In this document: in pieces, positions 18,651 to 26,827 of the stretch
How positions within the stretch are numbered: the first letter of the stretch is position 1
Layout: every line of letters starts with the position of its first letter
Assembly: GCA_014382805.1 (NCBI GenBank)
Contig: JACNIZ010000216.1
Coordinates: 1 to 56,138, forward strand
Reading direction: 5' to 3'
From: Planctomycetota bacterium
Lineage (GTDB): Bacteria > Planctomycetota > UBA1135
Length of the DNA stretch: 56,138 nucleotides
Position numbers and translations under genes: made by a program
Notes under the pieces: model-generated
Told to the model about the DNA's origin: nothing
Seen by the model: the letters and a program-made list of their open reading frames with translations, nothing else
The model's database searches: none

Positions 18651-20044
18651 TCGTTTTCCTCCAAAGATTCTTCAGCAACAGGCGGGGACTTCGGTGTAGA
18701 TGGAACGATCGGAGTCGCTTGAGGGGAATGGGCGAATCCTGAAAGCCTCTCGATACGAGCAAGCGCTTGCCTGCTGTCTGCTTCGGCCCGAGCAGAGGCA
18801 ACTTGGAATTCCAATAACAAGCGCAAAGTGGCGAGCAAAGATTCAAAACTGGCATTGCCGGTTTCTAATGCCGACAGCGCTGCGTCGAATCCGCGGTCCG
18901 TTTTAGATCCCAATTGATCCCGATAAAGAGCAATGCGACGACGTGCGTCGCGATATTGGTAAAGTGCCTTAGATAATTTTGTACTCAGGCCAAGCAGGCG
19001 ATTTCTTCTCGCCAAAGTGAATTGATTGATTCGCTGCTGCGCCTCTCGTCTGGACGCTTCATAGCGGTTTTGGTGCAACGGCAAGCTGAATTGAATTGAG
19101 GCCGCCAAAGCATCTTGACCGGCGTCTGGCGCGCTGGCTGGGCCGTCGCCAATCAAGGTCCATTCCAGACCTAACATGACCTCGGGCCAACCATTGGTTT
19201 GAGCTAGGTCGAGTTGGGCTCGAGCTGCAATCAGCGAATAATCAAATTCCAATAGCTCAGGGTGTCCCGCGGGTGGGCTGAACGGCAGGTCATCGGCGTG
19301 GATCGAATCCTGGGTTGGATTTAACACTGGTTTCGGCCATAGAGCCTCATCACCAACCATTCCGATCAAACTGCGAATTTCAAAACGTAATGGGATCATT
19401 TGATCTTGATAATTGCGTAATCGATCTTCCAATTTGGCACGTTCGATCTCCATTCGAATCACCTCTGGCAAGTTGCTTCGGCCCACTTCAAGCTGCGCGT
19501 GCAAACTTTCTTCGCTAGTGATTACTAATTGCAAAGTTTTTTCTACCAATTCTCTGGCTTGATGGAGGAAAGCTAGCTCCCACCATGCAATCTGCAACTG
19601 CTCTTGAATTTGCAAACTCATGCTTTGCCATTGCGTCCAAGCCACAGCTGCCTGGGCAGTGGCGCCATCTTCTTTGGCATCTAATTCTCGCGGCCAAGGC
19701 AAGCGCTGATTGATGCCGATTCGAGCCACCACGGGTCCGTTGCGTGTTTCCAGCGGGCTGATAAAACCGCCGATGCCTATGCTCGGGTCAGGGTATCCCT
19801 GGACTTGCTTGATCTTGGCTTTTGTGGCCATCCACCCGGCCTGCTTCGCCGCTAATCCAGGATGGGAGCGATGAGCTTCCGCGATCAAGTCGGCTAGGCC
19901 GCCAAAGGAGGCCACTGGCGTAGGATCTTGCGTCGAAAGTTGAATGGGTGGGCTAGCCAGGGCGATGTCGTCGCCGTCGGAGCGCGTAGGCGCGTGGCTA
20001 CAGCTTGCTGCAATGAAGGCAGCCAGGATTATGAATTTTTGCAC
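18647..20044 (-). CDS. cusC: TolC-family outer membrane efflux protein (CusC-type)
   Basis: Lipoprotein-like N-terminus (LAAFIAASC), two helical-repeat halves typical of outer membrane factor proteins, and a 4-nt overlap with cusB. Confidence 0.85.
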   Translation of the reverse strand: MQKFIILAAFIAASCSHAPTRSDGDDIALASPPIQLSTQDPTPVASFGGLADLIAEAHRSHPGLAAKQAGWMATKAKIKQVQGYPDPSIGIGGFISPLETRNGPVVARIGINQRLPWPRELDAKEDGATAQAAVAWTQWQSMSLQIQEQLQIAWWELAFLHQARELVEKTLQLVITSEESLHAQLEVGRSNLPEVIRMEIERAKLEDRLRNYQDQMIPLRFEIRSLIGMVGDEALWPKPVLNPTQDSIHADDLPFSPPAGHPELLEFDYSLIAARAQLDLAQTNGWPEVMLGLEWTLIGDGPASAPDAGQDALAASIQFSLPLHQNRYEASRREAQQRINQFTLARRNRLLGLSTKLSKALYQYRDARRRIALYRDQLGSKTDRGFDAALSALETGNASFESLLATLRLLLEFQVASARAEADSRQALARIERLSGFAHSPQATPIVPSTPKSPPVAEESLEENE

Positions 20045-20152
20045 AGTGTTTTTCTTTTCATCGTGAGATTGCTACAAACGGCTCGCATGAAAGCGAGGCT
20101 CAAAATGCACAAACAACCCGACCCCAGAACTATCTGGGCGGGTTAGCAATTC

Positions 20153-20524
20153 TCAACAAAGAAAAACGCCGTAACGACGTTGCAGGTCAATTGGCGGGCC
20201 GCGTGCATCCTTTAGGGCGGGGGCCTGGGCAACCTTGACCGGAGGCCGTGCGATAACGGCGCTGCAAGCAATCATTGGAGGCAAAACTTCCCATTCAGTG
20301 GAGCTCACATCCAAATTCGCTGGCGACGGCGTCTTAGCAGGTATTGGCGTTTCCACCTCGCAGCAGCAATTTTTGCTCCATACGGGGCCGTCAACCTCTA
20401 CCTTCTGGGCACAGCAGCAAGAACTTTGATCGGGATCAAGCTGGGTACACACCTTACCCATAGCTGGCAGACTGCTTGGAAAGAGCAGTAGCAACATGGA
20501 CAAAAGTGTGATGAGGCGATCCAT
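20153..20524 (-). CDS. Small secreted Cys-rich protein (two CCC triplets), first gene of the cus operon
   Basis: Starting from the internal Met, the protein is MDRLITLLSMLLLLFPSSLPAMG (signal) then ...SSCCCAQKVEVDGPVWSKNCCCEVE... The longer track ORF (to 20686) would overlap trmB and has an implausible N-terminus. Confidence 0.6.
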   Translation of the reverse strand: MDRLITLLSMLLLLFPSSLPAMGKVCTQLDPDQSSCCCAQKVEVDGPVWSKNCCCEVETPIPAKTPSPANLDVSSTEWEVLPPMIACSAVIARPPVKVAQAPALKDARGPPIDLQRRYGVFLC

Positions 20525-20605
20525 CGCAGGTTCATTTTCGTCCAAATGGAAAAGAAAACAAGGCCAAATTGAGTGTGACGGAAGATTTTGAGATAATGCG
20601 CGGCC

Positions 20606-21550
20606 ATGAAGGTCCGCCCTAATCTGCTGCAGCAATATGAGTTGGAACCGGCACTGCTGCCTCAGCTGCCGGTGAAATGGACGCAAGAATTTGGCCGGGT
20701 AGCACCGCTGGCGGTGGAAATTGGCTTTGGAAATGGGGAATATTTGGATTGGTGGTCAGGCCAACATCCGGATTGGAATTTTGTTGGGATTGAGATGCCG
20801 CAAGATTGTGTCATTCGCGCTTTGCCTAAGTTCGCGCAAAGCGGGCGCGACCACATTCGGGTGGTGCGGGGGGATGCACGCTATTTATTGCGCGAACTAT
20901 TTGCCCCAAACAGCCTTGAGCATGTATTGATGCAATTCCCCATGCCTTGGACCAAAGCCAAGCAAGCCAAGCACCGAGTCTATTCACCGCAATTTTCTAC
21001 TACTTTGGCCGACGTACTGAAGGTCGGCGGTTTTTTTGAATTGGTTACTGACCAAGAGTGGTACGCCAAGGAAGCCGCTGAAGTATTGGGCGGTAGCGGC
21101 TACTTCAAAATATTGGCCGAAGAAACTAATCCCGAACGACCTTTCCGGACGCGCTATGAAGAAAAGTGGCTCGAGGATAAGCGTTCAATCTTTCGTGTAC
21201 TCGCACAAATTGAGCGGACCGCCAACGCGCCGCGCTTGCTCGACCAGGAAACCATGGAAATCGTTCACCTGAAAAAAAGCCCGTTGCCCGAGGCTGTATT
21301 GGAGCTGGCCGGCAAACGCTTCAGTCAAGGCCCAAGCGTCCTTGAAATCAAAGAAGTCTTCACCGCCAAAGACGGTTGGATACTTTACATCGTCACCGCC
21401 GACGACAGTTTTTCGCAGCACAGTTACGTGCGCGTGCAGCAAAAAAGTGACGGGCGAGTGCTGGTGCGTTTGCAACCACGACCGCGGCCTTATCCCACAC
21501 CGGCAGTGCATTTTGCGCTGCAGGAATTAGGCCGGCAGCTGGATGGATAA
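20606..21550 (+). CDS. trmB: tRNA (guanine-N7)-methyltransferase TrmB with a ~90-aa C-terminal extension
   Basis: Motifs EIGFGNGEYL, GIEM, RVVRGDA and QFPMPW. 314 aa, against about 220-240 aa for typical TrmB. Confidence 0.85.
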   Translation: MKVRPNLLQQYELEPALLPQLPVKWTQEFGRVAPLAVEIGFGNGEYLDWWSGQHPDWNFVGIEMPQDCVIRALPKFAQSGRDHIRVVRGDARYLLRELFAPNSLEHVLMQFPMPWTKAKQAKHRVYSPQFSTTLADVLKVGGFFELVTDQEWYAKEAAEVLGGSGYFKILAEETNPERPFRTRYEEKWLEDKRSIFRVLAQIERTANAPRLLDQETMEIVHLKKSPLPEAVLELAGKRFSQGPSVLEIKEVFTAKDGWILYIVTADDSFSQHSYVRVQQKSDGRVLVRLQPRPRPYPTPAVHFALQELGRQLDG

Positions 21551-21575
21551 GTTCGGCGCAAGCTGATTCCAAGCC

Positions 21576-22727
21576 ATGCCGGGTAAACTTCGCCGTCGAT
21601 CTCAATCCGGTTCTGGATTGGCTGCGGAAACACCGCAGACTAGCTCGCTACCGCTGATTGAAGCGACTTGCGCCACTTTTGGAGTTGCGCGGTCTTTTGG
21701 CTTAGCGGAAGAACTTGCTGCCGCCGGTTATTTTGAACTTGGCATTGTTGCCCAATGGAAGCTGGTGCAGGACCGATTGGCAGAACGCTTTGCGGAAGAT
21801 TTGGACCCAATAGGCCTGATCCATGAGTTGACAGGCAATCCCGAATCGCGAGTGCGGTTTCATGGGCCGGGCATCTGTGCTCGATTATTAGCCGAACACC
21901 CGCAGCGCGTATTAGAAGAACTGCGGCTGATTGCGCGTGACGAAAACCACATGGTGGCCGAAGCGGTGCAAGCTTTTGGGGTCCGTCCGCAGGCCGAACT
22001 CATGGGGCCGGAAGTGGTGCAAGAATTACTTCCTTGGACGACGGATCGCTCTGAAACTGTCAGGCGGACTGCGGTAGAAGCATTGCGACCGCGTGGGGTA
22101 TGGGTCAAACATTTGACTTGGAGCGTGCAGTCGCCAGCATTGATGCTGCCCATCATTGAAGCGCTGCGTGGCGATCACTCGCGCTATGTCGCCAATGCGG
22201 TGGGCAACGCGTTGAATGATATTTCAAAAAAGAAGCCGGAGTTGGTGTTAGAAATTGCGGCGCGTTGGCAGGAGGAAGGAGACGTTGGCCCGCATCAAAC
22301 GCACATCATCAAAAAAGGGTTACGAACCATGGTCAAAGATGGCGACGAGCGCGCCTTGGCTTTTCTTGGTTTTGGCAAATTAGCATTGAGCGTGCAAGTG
22401 AGTCTGGCAAATTCACAGCCAGTAGCACCCAACACTGCGTTGGTTTTTGAATTAGAAATCCATAACGAAGGCGGCACCTGCGCTGCCCAATTGGTTTATG
22501 AAATTGAAACGCCCGGAAAAAATCCGAATCGGCCGCGGCAAAAAAAATATAGGGCTGGGGAAATCGAAATCCCCGGATCCTGCTACAGCGAATTTAAGAT
22601 TCGCGAGCGCATTTTTGATCGCAAAACTGCACTACTCATCGACGGGGCTTGCCGCGCCCGCTTTTACTTAAACGGGCGCGAATATCAGCAAGTAGAATTT
22701 GAATTACGCCGGACTAGTGTCAGCTAG
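21576..22727 (+). CDS. HEAT-repeat DNA alkylation repair-like protein (AlkC/AlkD superfamily) with a C-terminal beta-sandwich domain
   Basis: Repeated helical HEAT-like units (VRRTAVEALRP, YVANAVGNALNDISKKKPE). The C-terminal ~110 aa are beta-rich, consistent with the AlkC HEAT + Ig-like architecture. By eye only. Confidence 0.5.
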   Translation: MPGKLRRRSQSGSGLAAETPQTSSLPLIEATCATFGVARSFGLAEELAAAGYFELGIVAQWKLVQDRLAERFAEDLDPIGLIHELTGNPESRVRFHGPGICARLLAEHPQRVLEELRLIARDENHMVAEAVQAFGVRPQAELMGPEVVQELLPWTTDRSETVRRTAVEALRPRGVWVKHLTWSVQSPALMLPIIEALRGDHSRYVANAVGNALNDISKKKPELVLEIAARWQEEGDVGPHQTHIIKKGLRTMVKDGDERALAFLGFGKLALSVQVSLANSQPVAPNTALVFELEIHNEGGTCAAQLVYEIETPGKNPNRPRQKKYRAGEIEIPGSCYSEFKIRERIFDRKTALLIDGACRARFYLNGREYQQVEFELRRTSVS

Positions 22728-24041
22728 TGCTTGTTGAACCCGAGGCAGTGCACGCTGCAACTCTTCCGAGCTGACTGCGCCCACGCTAGCCCGTGACCAA
22801 CCTTGGTCGTCGGCGTCGGTGGCGCCGAAAGCCTTGAACGGCACCAGCGCAAAACCGGCTTCGGTCAACAGGTATTTGCGGATGTCTTCGTTGTTATTCA
22901 AAACGGTGCCAGCGGCAGTTTTACGGCCCACTAAGTTGAAACGCACCGACAAGTAGATTGCACCTTGCGGTTCAATAATGTCTACCGGATGGCCGGCATC
23001 ACGTATTTGCTGCATGCCTTTGTAAAGCACGTCCAAACGATTGCGCACGCGCGAAATCAGATTTTGATCCCACTCATCGACTGCCGGTTGGTTGTTCAGC
23101 CATTCGGCAGTTCCGACCTGCACCGGCTTCGGTGCCCAAGCTCCGATGTGGGTCAAAAGCGCGATCGCTTTGCGGGTGAAAGCGGCCGGTCCAAAGATCC
23201 AACCACAACGCAATCCCGTTGCGCAATAGCCTTTGGAGATGCCGTCGGAATGGATCACGTAAGGCGCACATTCCGGAACCAATTGCACGGGCGAATAATG
23301 CTGATAACCCGGGAAAACGATCGAGCGATAAATCTGATCATATAGCAGGTACAGCGGCTTCTCACCGGTCGTCTTGCGGCGTTCATTTTCTTCCACCAAC
23401 AGGTGTCCAAACGCTTCGACTTCAGATTTTGGCATCACCCCGCCCGACGGATTCTGCGGCGTGTTCAATACAAACAGGCGCGCGTCGCGCAAATGCGGCC
23501 GCAACAAATCTGCGGTTGGTTGGAACGAATCTTCTGCTCGGCAAGGCACCATCTTGGTCCGAACCTGGCAGACGTCGCGATAGTTGGTATTGTTCCAAGA
23601 GGGTACTGGGAACACCACCAGTTCACCCGGATCCATGATTAGGCGATAGGTGGCATACAAGGCTGGCCGACCGCCACCAAGGATGGTGAAGCACTCCAAC
23701 GGGTAATCCATGCCCTGAGTGCGCTTGACATAATCTCGTACCGCCTGGCGCAATTCTGGATTTCCAGCCGGCGGCGGATAATTGGTTTGGCCGCGCTGCA
23801 GTGAAGCCTGAATGCTGTCCCGCAAGCGCTCGGGAATCGGGAACTGGTCGGGGGCAAAATCGCCGACGGTTAAATTAGCGACGTCCGCACCGGCGGCTAT
23901 AAGTTCGCGAATGTCATTGGCAATCGTCAGAATCGATGACGCCCGCATTGCGTTTGCCATGGTGCTGAGGCCTCGGGTTGCAGCATCGTCGCCGCATTCT
24001 GCAGAGATTGAAATCATCGGGTGTTCCAGCGCGCTTTCCAC
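22704..24041 (-). CDS. Class I/II PLP-dependent aminotransferase (aspartate aminotransferase-like)
   Basis: NPQNPSGG, SDGISKGYCATGLRCGW (PLP Lys) and Y.PP.G motifs. The true start may be the ATG at 23960 (MANAMRASS...). Confidence 0.85.
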   Translation of the reverse strand: MESALEHPMISISAECGDDAATRGLSTMANAMRASSILTIANDIRELIAAGADVANLTVGDFAPDQFPIPERLRDSIQASLQRGQTNYPPPAGNPELRQAVRDYVKRTQGMDYPLECFTILGGGRPALYATYRLIMDPGELVVFPVPSWNNTNYRDVCQVRTKMVPCRAEDSFQPTADLLRPHLRDARLFVLNTPQNPSGGVMPKSEVEAFGHLLVEENERRKTTGEKPLYLLYDQIYRSIVFPGYQHYSPVQLVPECAPYVIHSDGISKGYCATGLRCGWIFGPAAFTRKAIALLTHIGAWAPKPVQVGTAEWLNNQPAVDEWDQNLISRVRNRLDVLYKGMQQIRDAGHPVDIIEPQGAIYLSVRFNLVGRKTAAGTVLNNNEDIRKYLLTEAGFALVPFKAFGATDADDQGWSRASVGAVSSEELQRALPRVQQALADTSPA

Positions 24042-24091
24042 GACCTCTATTCTAGCCGCGCGCCCAGGGGCTGCTAGCGCGCTGCTATGCT

Positions 24092-24484
24092 TTGCGACAG
24101 CCCATGCTGATCTTCCTAGCCCACTTGTTGGTGACCACAGTGTTGGTTGTGGCGACGTTGTGGACGGGCCGCAAGGCGCGTCGCAGTCAGCATTATTCGG
24201 TCGCGGTTGCAGCGATTTTATCTTTGCTGCTGACGGTCCGCGAAGCCGGTCTTTATGGCAAAGGATTCACTTTTGATACCACGCGCCTGTCGGTGCATTT
24301 GGTCTTCGCCGGGCTATGCATGGCCGCCCTTCCTGGCTTGATCTATAGCGGTTTTAAACTACGCAAAAATCCGTATGCTCGCGGTCTGCATCAACGCTGG
24401 ATTTTGTTTTTCCTGTTGATGTTGCTGGCGACGTTCACCACCGCTGGGTGGATGTTTATGAACGCAATAGCGCTTGACGCATAG
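24092..24484 (+). CDS. Small integral membrane protein (about 4 TM), function unknown
   Basis: 130-aa ORF with four hydrophobic stretches separated by basic loops. No recognisable family. Confidence 0.5.
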   Translation: MRQPMLIFLAHLLVTTVLVVATLWTGRKARRSQHYSVAVAAILSLLLTVREAGLYGKGFTFDTTRLSVHLVFAGLCMAALPGLIYSGFKLRKNPYARGLHQRWILFFLLMLLATFTTAGWMFMNAIALDA

Positions 24485-25406
24485 CATCAAGCCAGGGGCT
24501 AGCTTGGCGATGGGGCAGCACCGCACTGCCAGCCGGCAGGGCGACGTCTTCCGCAAGCTGCGGCCAAGCACTTTGATGCGCAAGGTGATCGAGGATCAAG
24601 CACTGCTGCATGGACAAGCCGGCAGCGTGCATTTTTTCGGCTGGCCAAGGACCAGGCGTAGCCAGCCAATGTTTGGCCAGTTGGCATTGCTTGCGCGCAA
24701 GTTTCCAAGCCGTATCGCCTTCGTGGGAACTAATGGATTGGGCCTGAGGCAGTGGCGAGTCGCAACTTTCCCATGCAGCAAAACGTCGGCCGTCTTGTTG
24801 GAAATCGGCCCACGGACGCCAACTTGAAGGTGGCCGTTGTAAATCGGTGGGCAGTTGGTACCAACGTAAATTACTCGGTCGCGGTCGCAAACGCAAAATG
24901 AAACGTAGGCCAACGGCCAGTTGGCCTTGAGCGCTGAGCAGCAAACGCGAAACGTCGTAACCGGCAACGGATTTGACTACTCGCGCGCCACTGCGAATGA
25001 CCCGGCCATCGCCAAGCAGCCAAGTGGCGCCGAGCACTTGATCGCGCGGCAAGCCGCACGAGCCAGCCAACAATGAAGGCGTTCCAGAATTCAACAAGCC
25101 GCCAATTGTGCCGACGTCATCGCTGCAGCCACTGTGGCTTAGCATTAAGCCATATTCATCCAACCCCGCGTGCAGGGCGGCGGGGGACAAGCCAGCGTCG
25201 ACTTCGCAAGTACGGTCTTCGGCATCAATCCAGTGGATTTGCTTCAATGCGGCAGCGCTAAGAAACACATCAGCTGCAGTTTGCGGTTGCATCCGGGTTT
25301 GGGTGCCGACCGCGCGCCAGCTCAAGCCGTCGGCGTGGATTTGTAGCATTTGTTGCTGCAAATCCAACTGCGCCGGAGCGGTGAGCAAACAGGGTTCTTT
25401 GCTCAT
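24456..25406 (-). CDS. glcE: Glycolate oxidase/dehydrogenase FAD-binding subunit GlcE-like
   Basis: The FAD-binding PCMH-type pattern includes VKSVAGYDVSRLL. The ATG at 25406 overlaps the glcD stop (ATGA). The longer track ORF (to 25619) lies inside glcD. Confidence 0.8.
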   Translation of the reverse strand: MSKEPCLLTAPAQLDLQQQMLQIHADGLSWRAVGTQTRMQPQTAADVFLSAAALKQIHWIDAEDRTCEVDAGLSPAALHAGLDEYGLMLSHSGCSDDVGTIGGLLNSGTPSLLAGSCGLPRDQVLGATWLLGDGRVIRSGARVVKSVAGYDVSRLLLSAQGQLAVGLRFILRLRPRPSNLRWYQLPTDLQRPPSSWRPWADFQQDGRRFAAWESCDSPLPQAQSISSHEGDTAWKLARKQCQLAKHWLATPGPWPAEKMHAAGLSMQQCLILDHLAHQSAWPQLAEDVALPAGSAVLPHRQASPWLDAMRQALLRS

Positions 25407-26827
25407 GTTGCACTCCGGTGATGGCGATGGAAGGCCTCGGCGCAACCGCGTTTCATCGGCAGGCCTTTGCCAGGATTTAATAGATTTTGCGGGTTCAAAA
25501 CCTCGCGCAAGGCTGCCATGATTTGAATTTCGTCGGCACTGAATTGCTCGGCCATCAAATGCTGCTTTTCCAAGCCGACGCCATGTTCGCCAGTGATCGA
25601 TCCGCCCAATTCCAAGCACTTGCGCAAAATGCGCGTGCCCGCATCTTCAACCACCTCGACCTGTTCGGCATTGCGGGCGTCATAGCTAATATGAGGGTGT
25701 ATGTTGCCGTCGCCAGCGTGGAATAAATTGGCGATATTTAATTGAGTGCTTTGTTCAATTTCGTAAACAAAGTCCATGATTTCAACCAATTTTGAGCGCG
25801 GCACAACGCCATCCATGACAAAAGAATCCGGGCCCAATTGACCTAAAGCTCCGCCGGCGCCTTTGCGCCCTTTCCATACCGCTATGCGTTTGGCTGGGGT
25901 GTCGGCCTTTTCAATCCTCATCGGGTTATGTTGCCGCAAAATTTCCTCAATCGCTGCGGCATCTTTGTGAGTGCGTTCAGCGACGCCTTCAACTTCGACG
26001 ATCAATATCGCACCTGCGTCTTTTGGCAAACCAGCTCGATACACTGAGGCTTCTACCGCGTGAATCGTTTTCTGATCCATGACCTCCAAGGCCACTGGTT
26101 GCTGACCAGCCGAAACTATGCTGGATACCGAAGCGCAGGCGGTGGCCACCGAATCAAAGGCGGCCATCAGGGTCACGATAGAGGGTGGCGACGGTATCAA
26201 ACGCACGGTCAACGCAACAATGACGCCCACTGTGCCCTCGGAGCCCAATAGAAAACCACGCAAATCCAAAGCATCGCTAAATGTTGTCGGCGTGCCCCAA
26301 GTTTGCAAACGTCCATCCGCTAACACCACTTCGGCGGCTAGGATGTGCTGACTAGTAGTGCCATGTAAAAAGCACTGCGGACCACCGGAATTTTCGGCGG
26401 CATTGCCGCCTAAAGTGCTGACGGTTTGACTGGCTGGATCGGGGGCATAGCGCAAACCTAATGGAGCCACTTGGCGTCCCAATTCGGCATTGACGACGCC
26501 AGGTTCGACCACCGCCCAGCCGCCGTCGGCGTTGATTTCCAAAATGCGGCGCATGCGAGCCATTGCCAAAATAACGCCTCCGGCTGGTACTAAAGCGCCG
26601 CCGGACAACCCGGTGCCAGCCCCACGTGCAGCAAAGGGGATTTGCGCTTGATGCAAGATCTTTACGCACGCCGCGACTTGCAGTTTGTTTTCCGGCAGGA
26701 CCACCGCCGCCGGCTGGCAGCGAAATAAGGTCAGGGCGTCGCTTTCATAAGCCAGCAAAGATGCCGGGTCGGTCAATACAAAGCGAGCGCCGACTACAGC
26801 TCGTAACTGCGCAAGAAAATCATTCAT
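25403..26827 (-). CDS. glcD: FAD-linked oxidase, glycolate oxidase subunit GlcD-like (or D-lactate dehydrogenase)
   Basis: ARGAGTGLSGGA, NAENSGGP and HAGDGNIHP motifs, and a GSITGEHGVGLEK C-terminus. Confidence 0.9.
   Translation of the reverse strand: MNDFLAQLRAVVGARFVLTDPASLLAYESDALTLFRCQPAAVVLPENKLQVAACVKILHQAQIPFAARGAGTGLSGGALVPAGGVILAMARMRRILEINADGGWAVVEPGVVNAELGRQVAPLGLRYAPDPASQTVSTLGGNAAENSGGPQCFLHGTTSQHILAAEVVLADGRLQTWGTPTTFSDALDLRGFLLGSEGTVGVIVALTVRLIPSPPSIVTLMAAFDSVATACASVSSIVSAGQQPVALEVMDQKTIHAVEASVYRAGLPKDAGAILIVEVEGVAERTHKDAAAIEEILRQHNPMRIEKADTPAKRIAVWKGRKGAGGALGQLGPDSFVMDGVVPRSKLVEIMDFVYEIEQSTQLNIANLFHAGDGNIHPHISYDARNAEQVEVVEDAGTRILRKCLELGGSITGEHGVGLEKQHLMAEQFSADEIQIMAALREVLNPQNLLNPGKGLPMKRGCAEAFHRHHRSAT

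Noticed and set aside
20525-20686. N-terminal 54-aa extension of the Cys-rich protein ORF as listed in the track
   Set aside because: The extension overlaps the trmB start on the other strand and is R/Q-rich. The internal Met gives a clean signal peptide.
25407-25619. Long form of the glcE ORF
   Set aside because: The extra 71 codons lie inside glcD in another frame. The ATG at 25406 gives the classic ATGA stop/start coupling.
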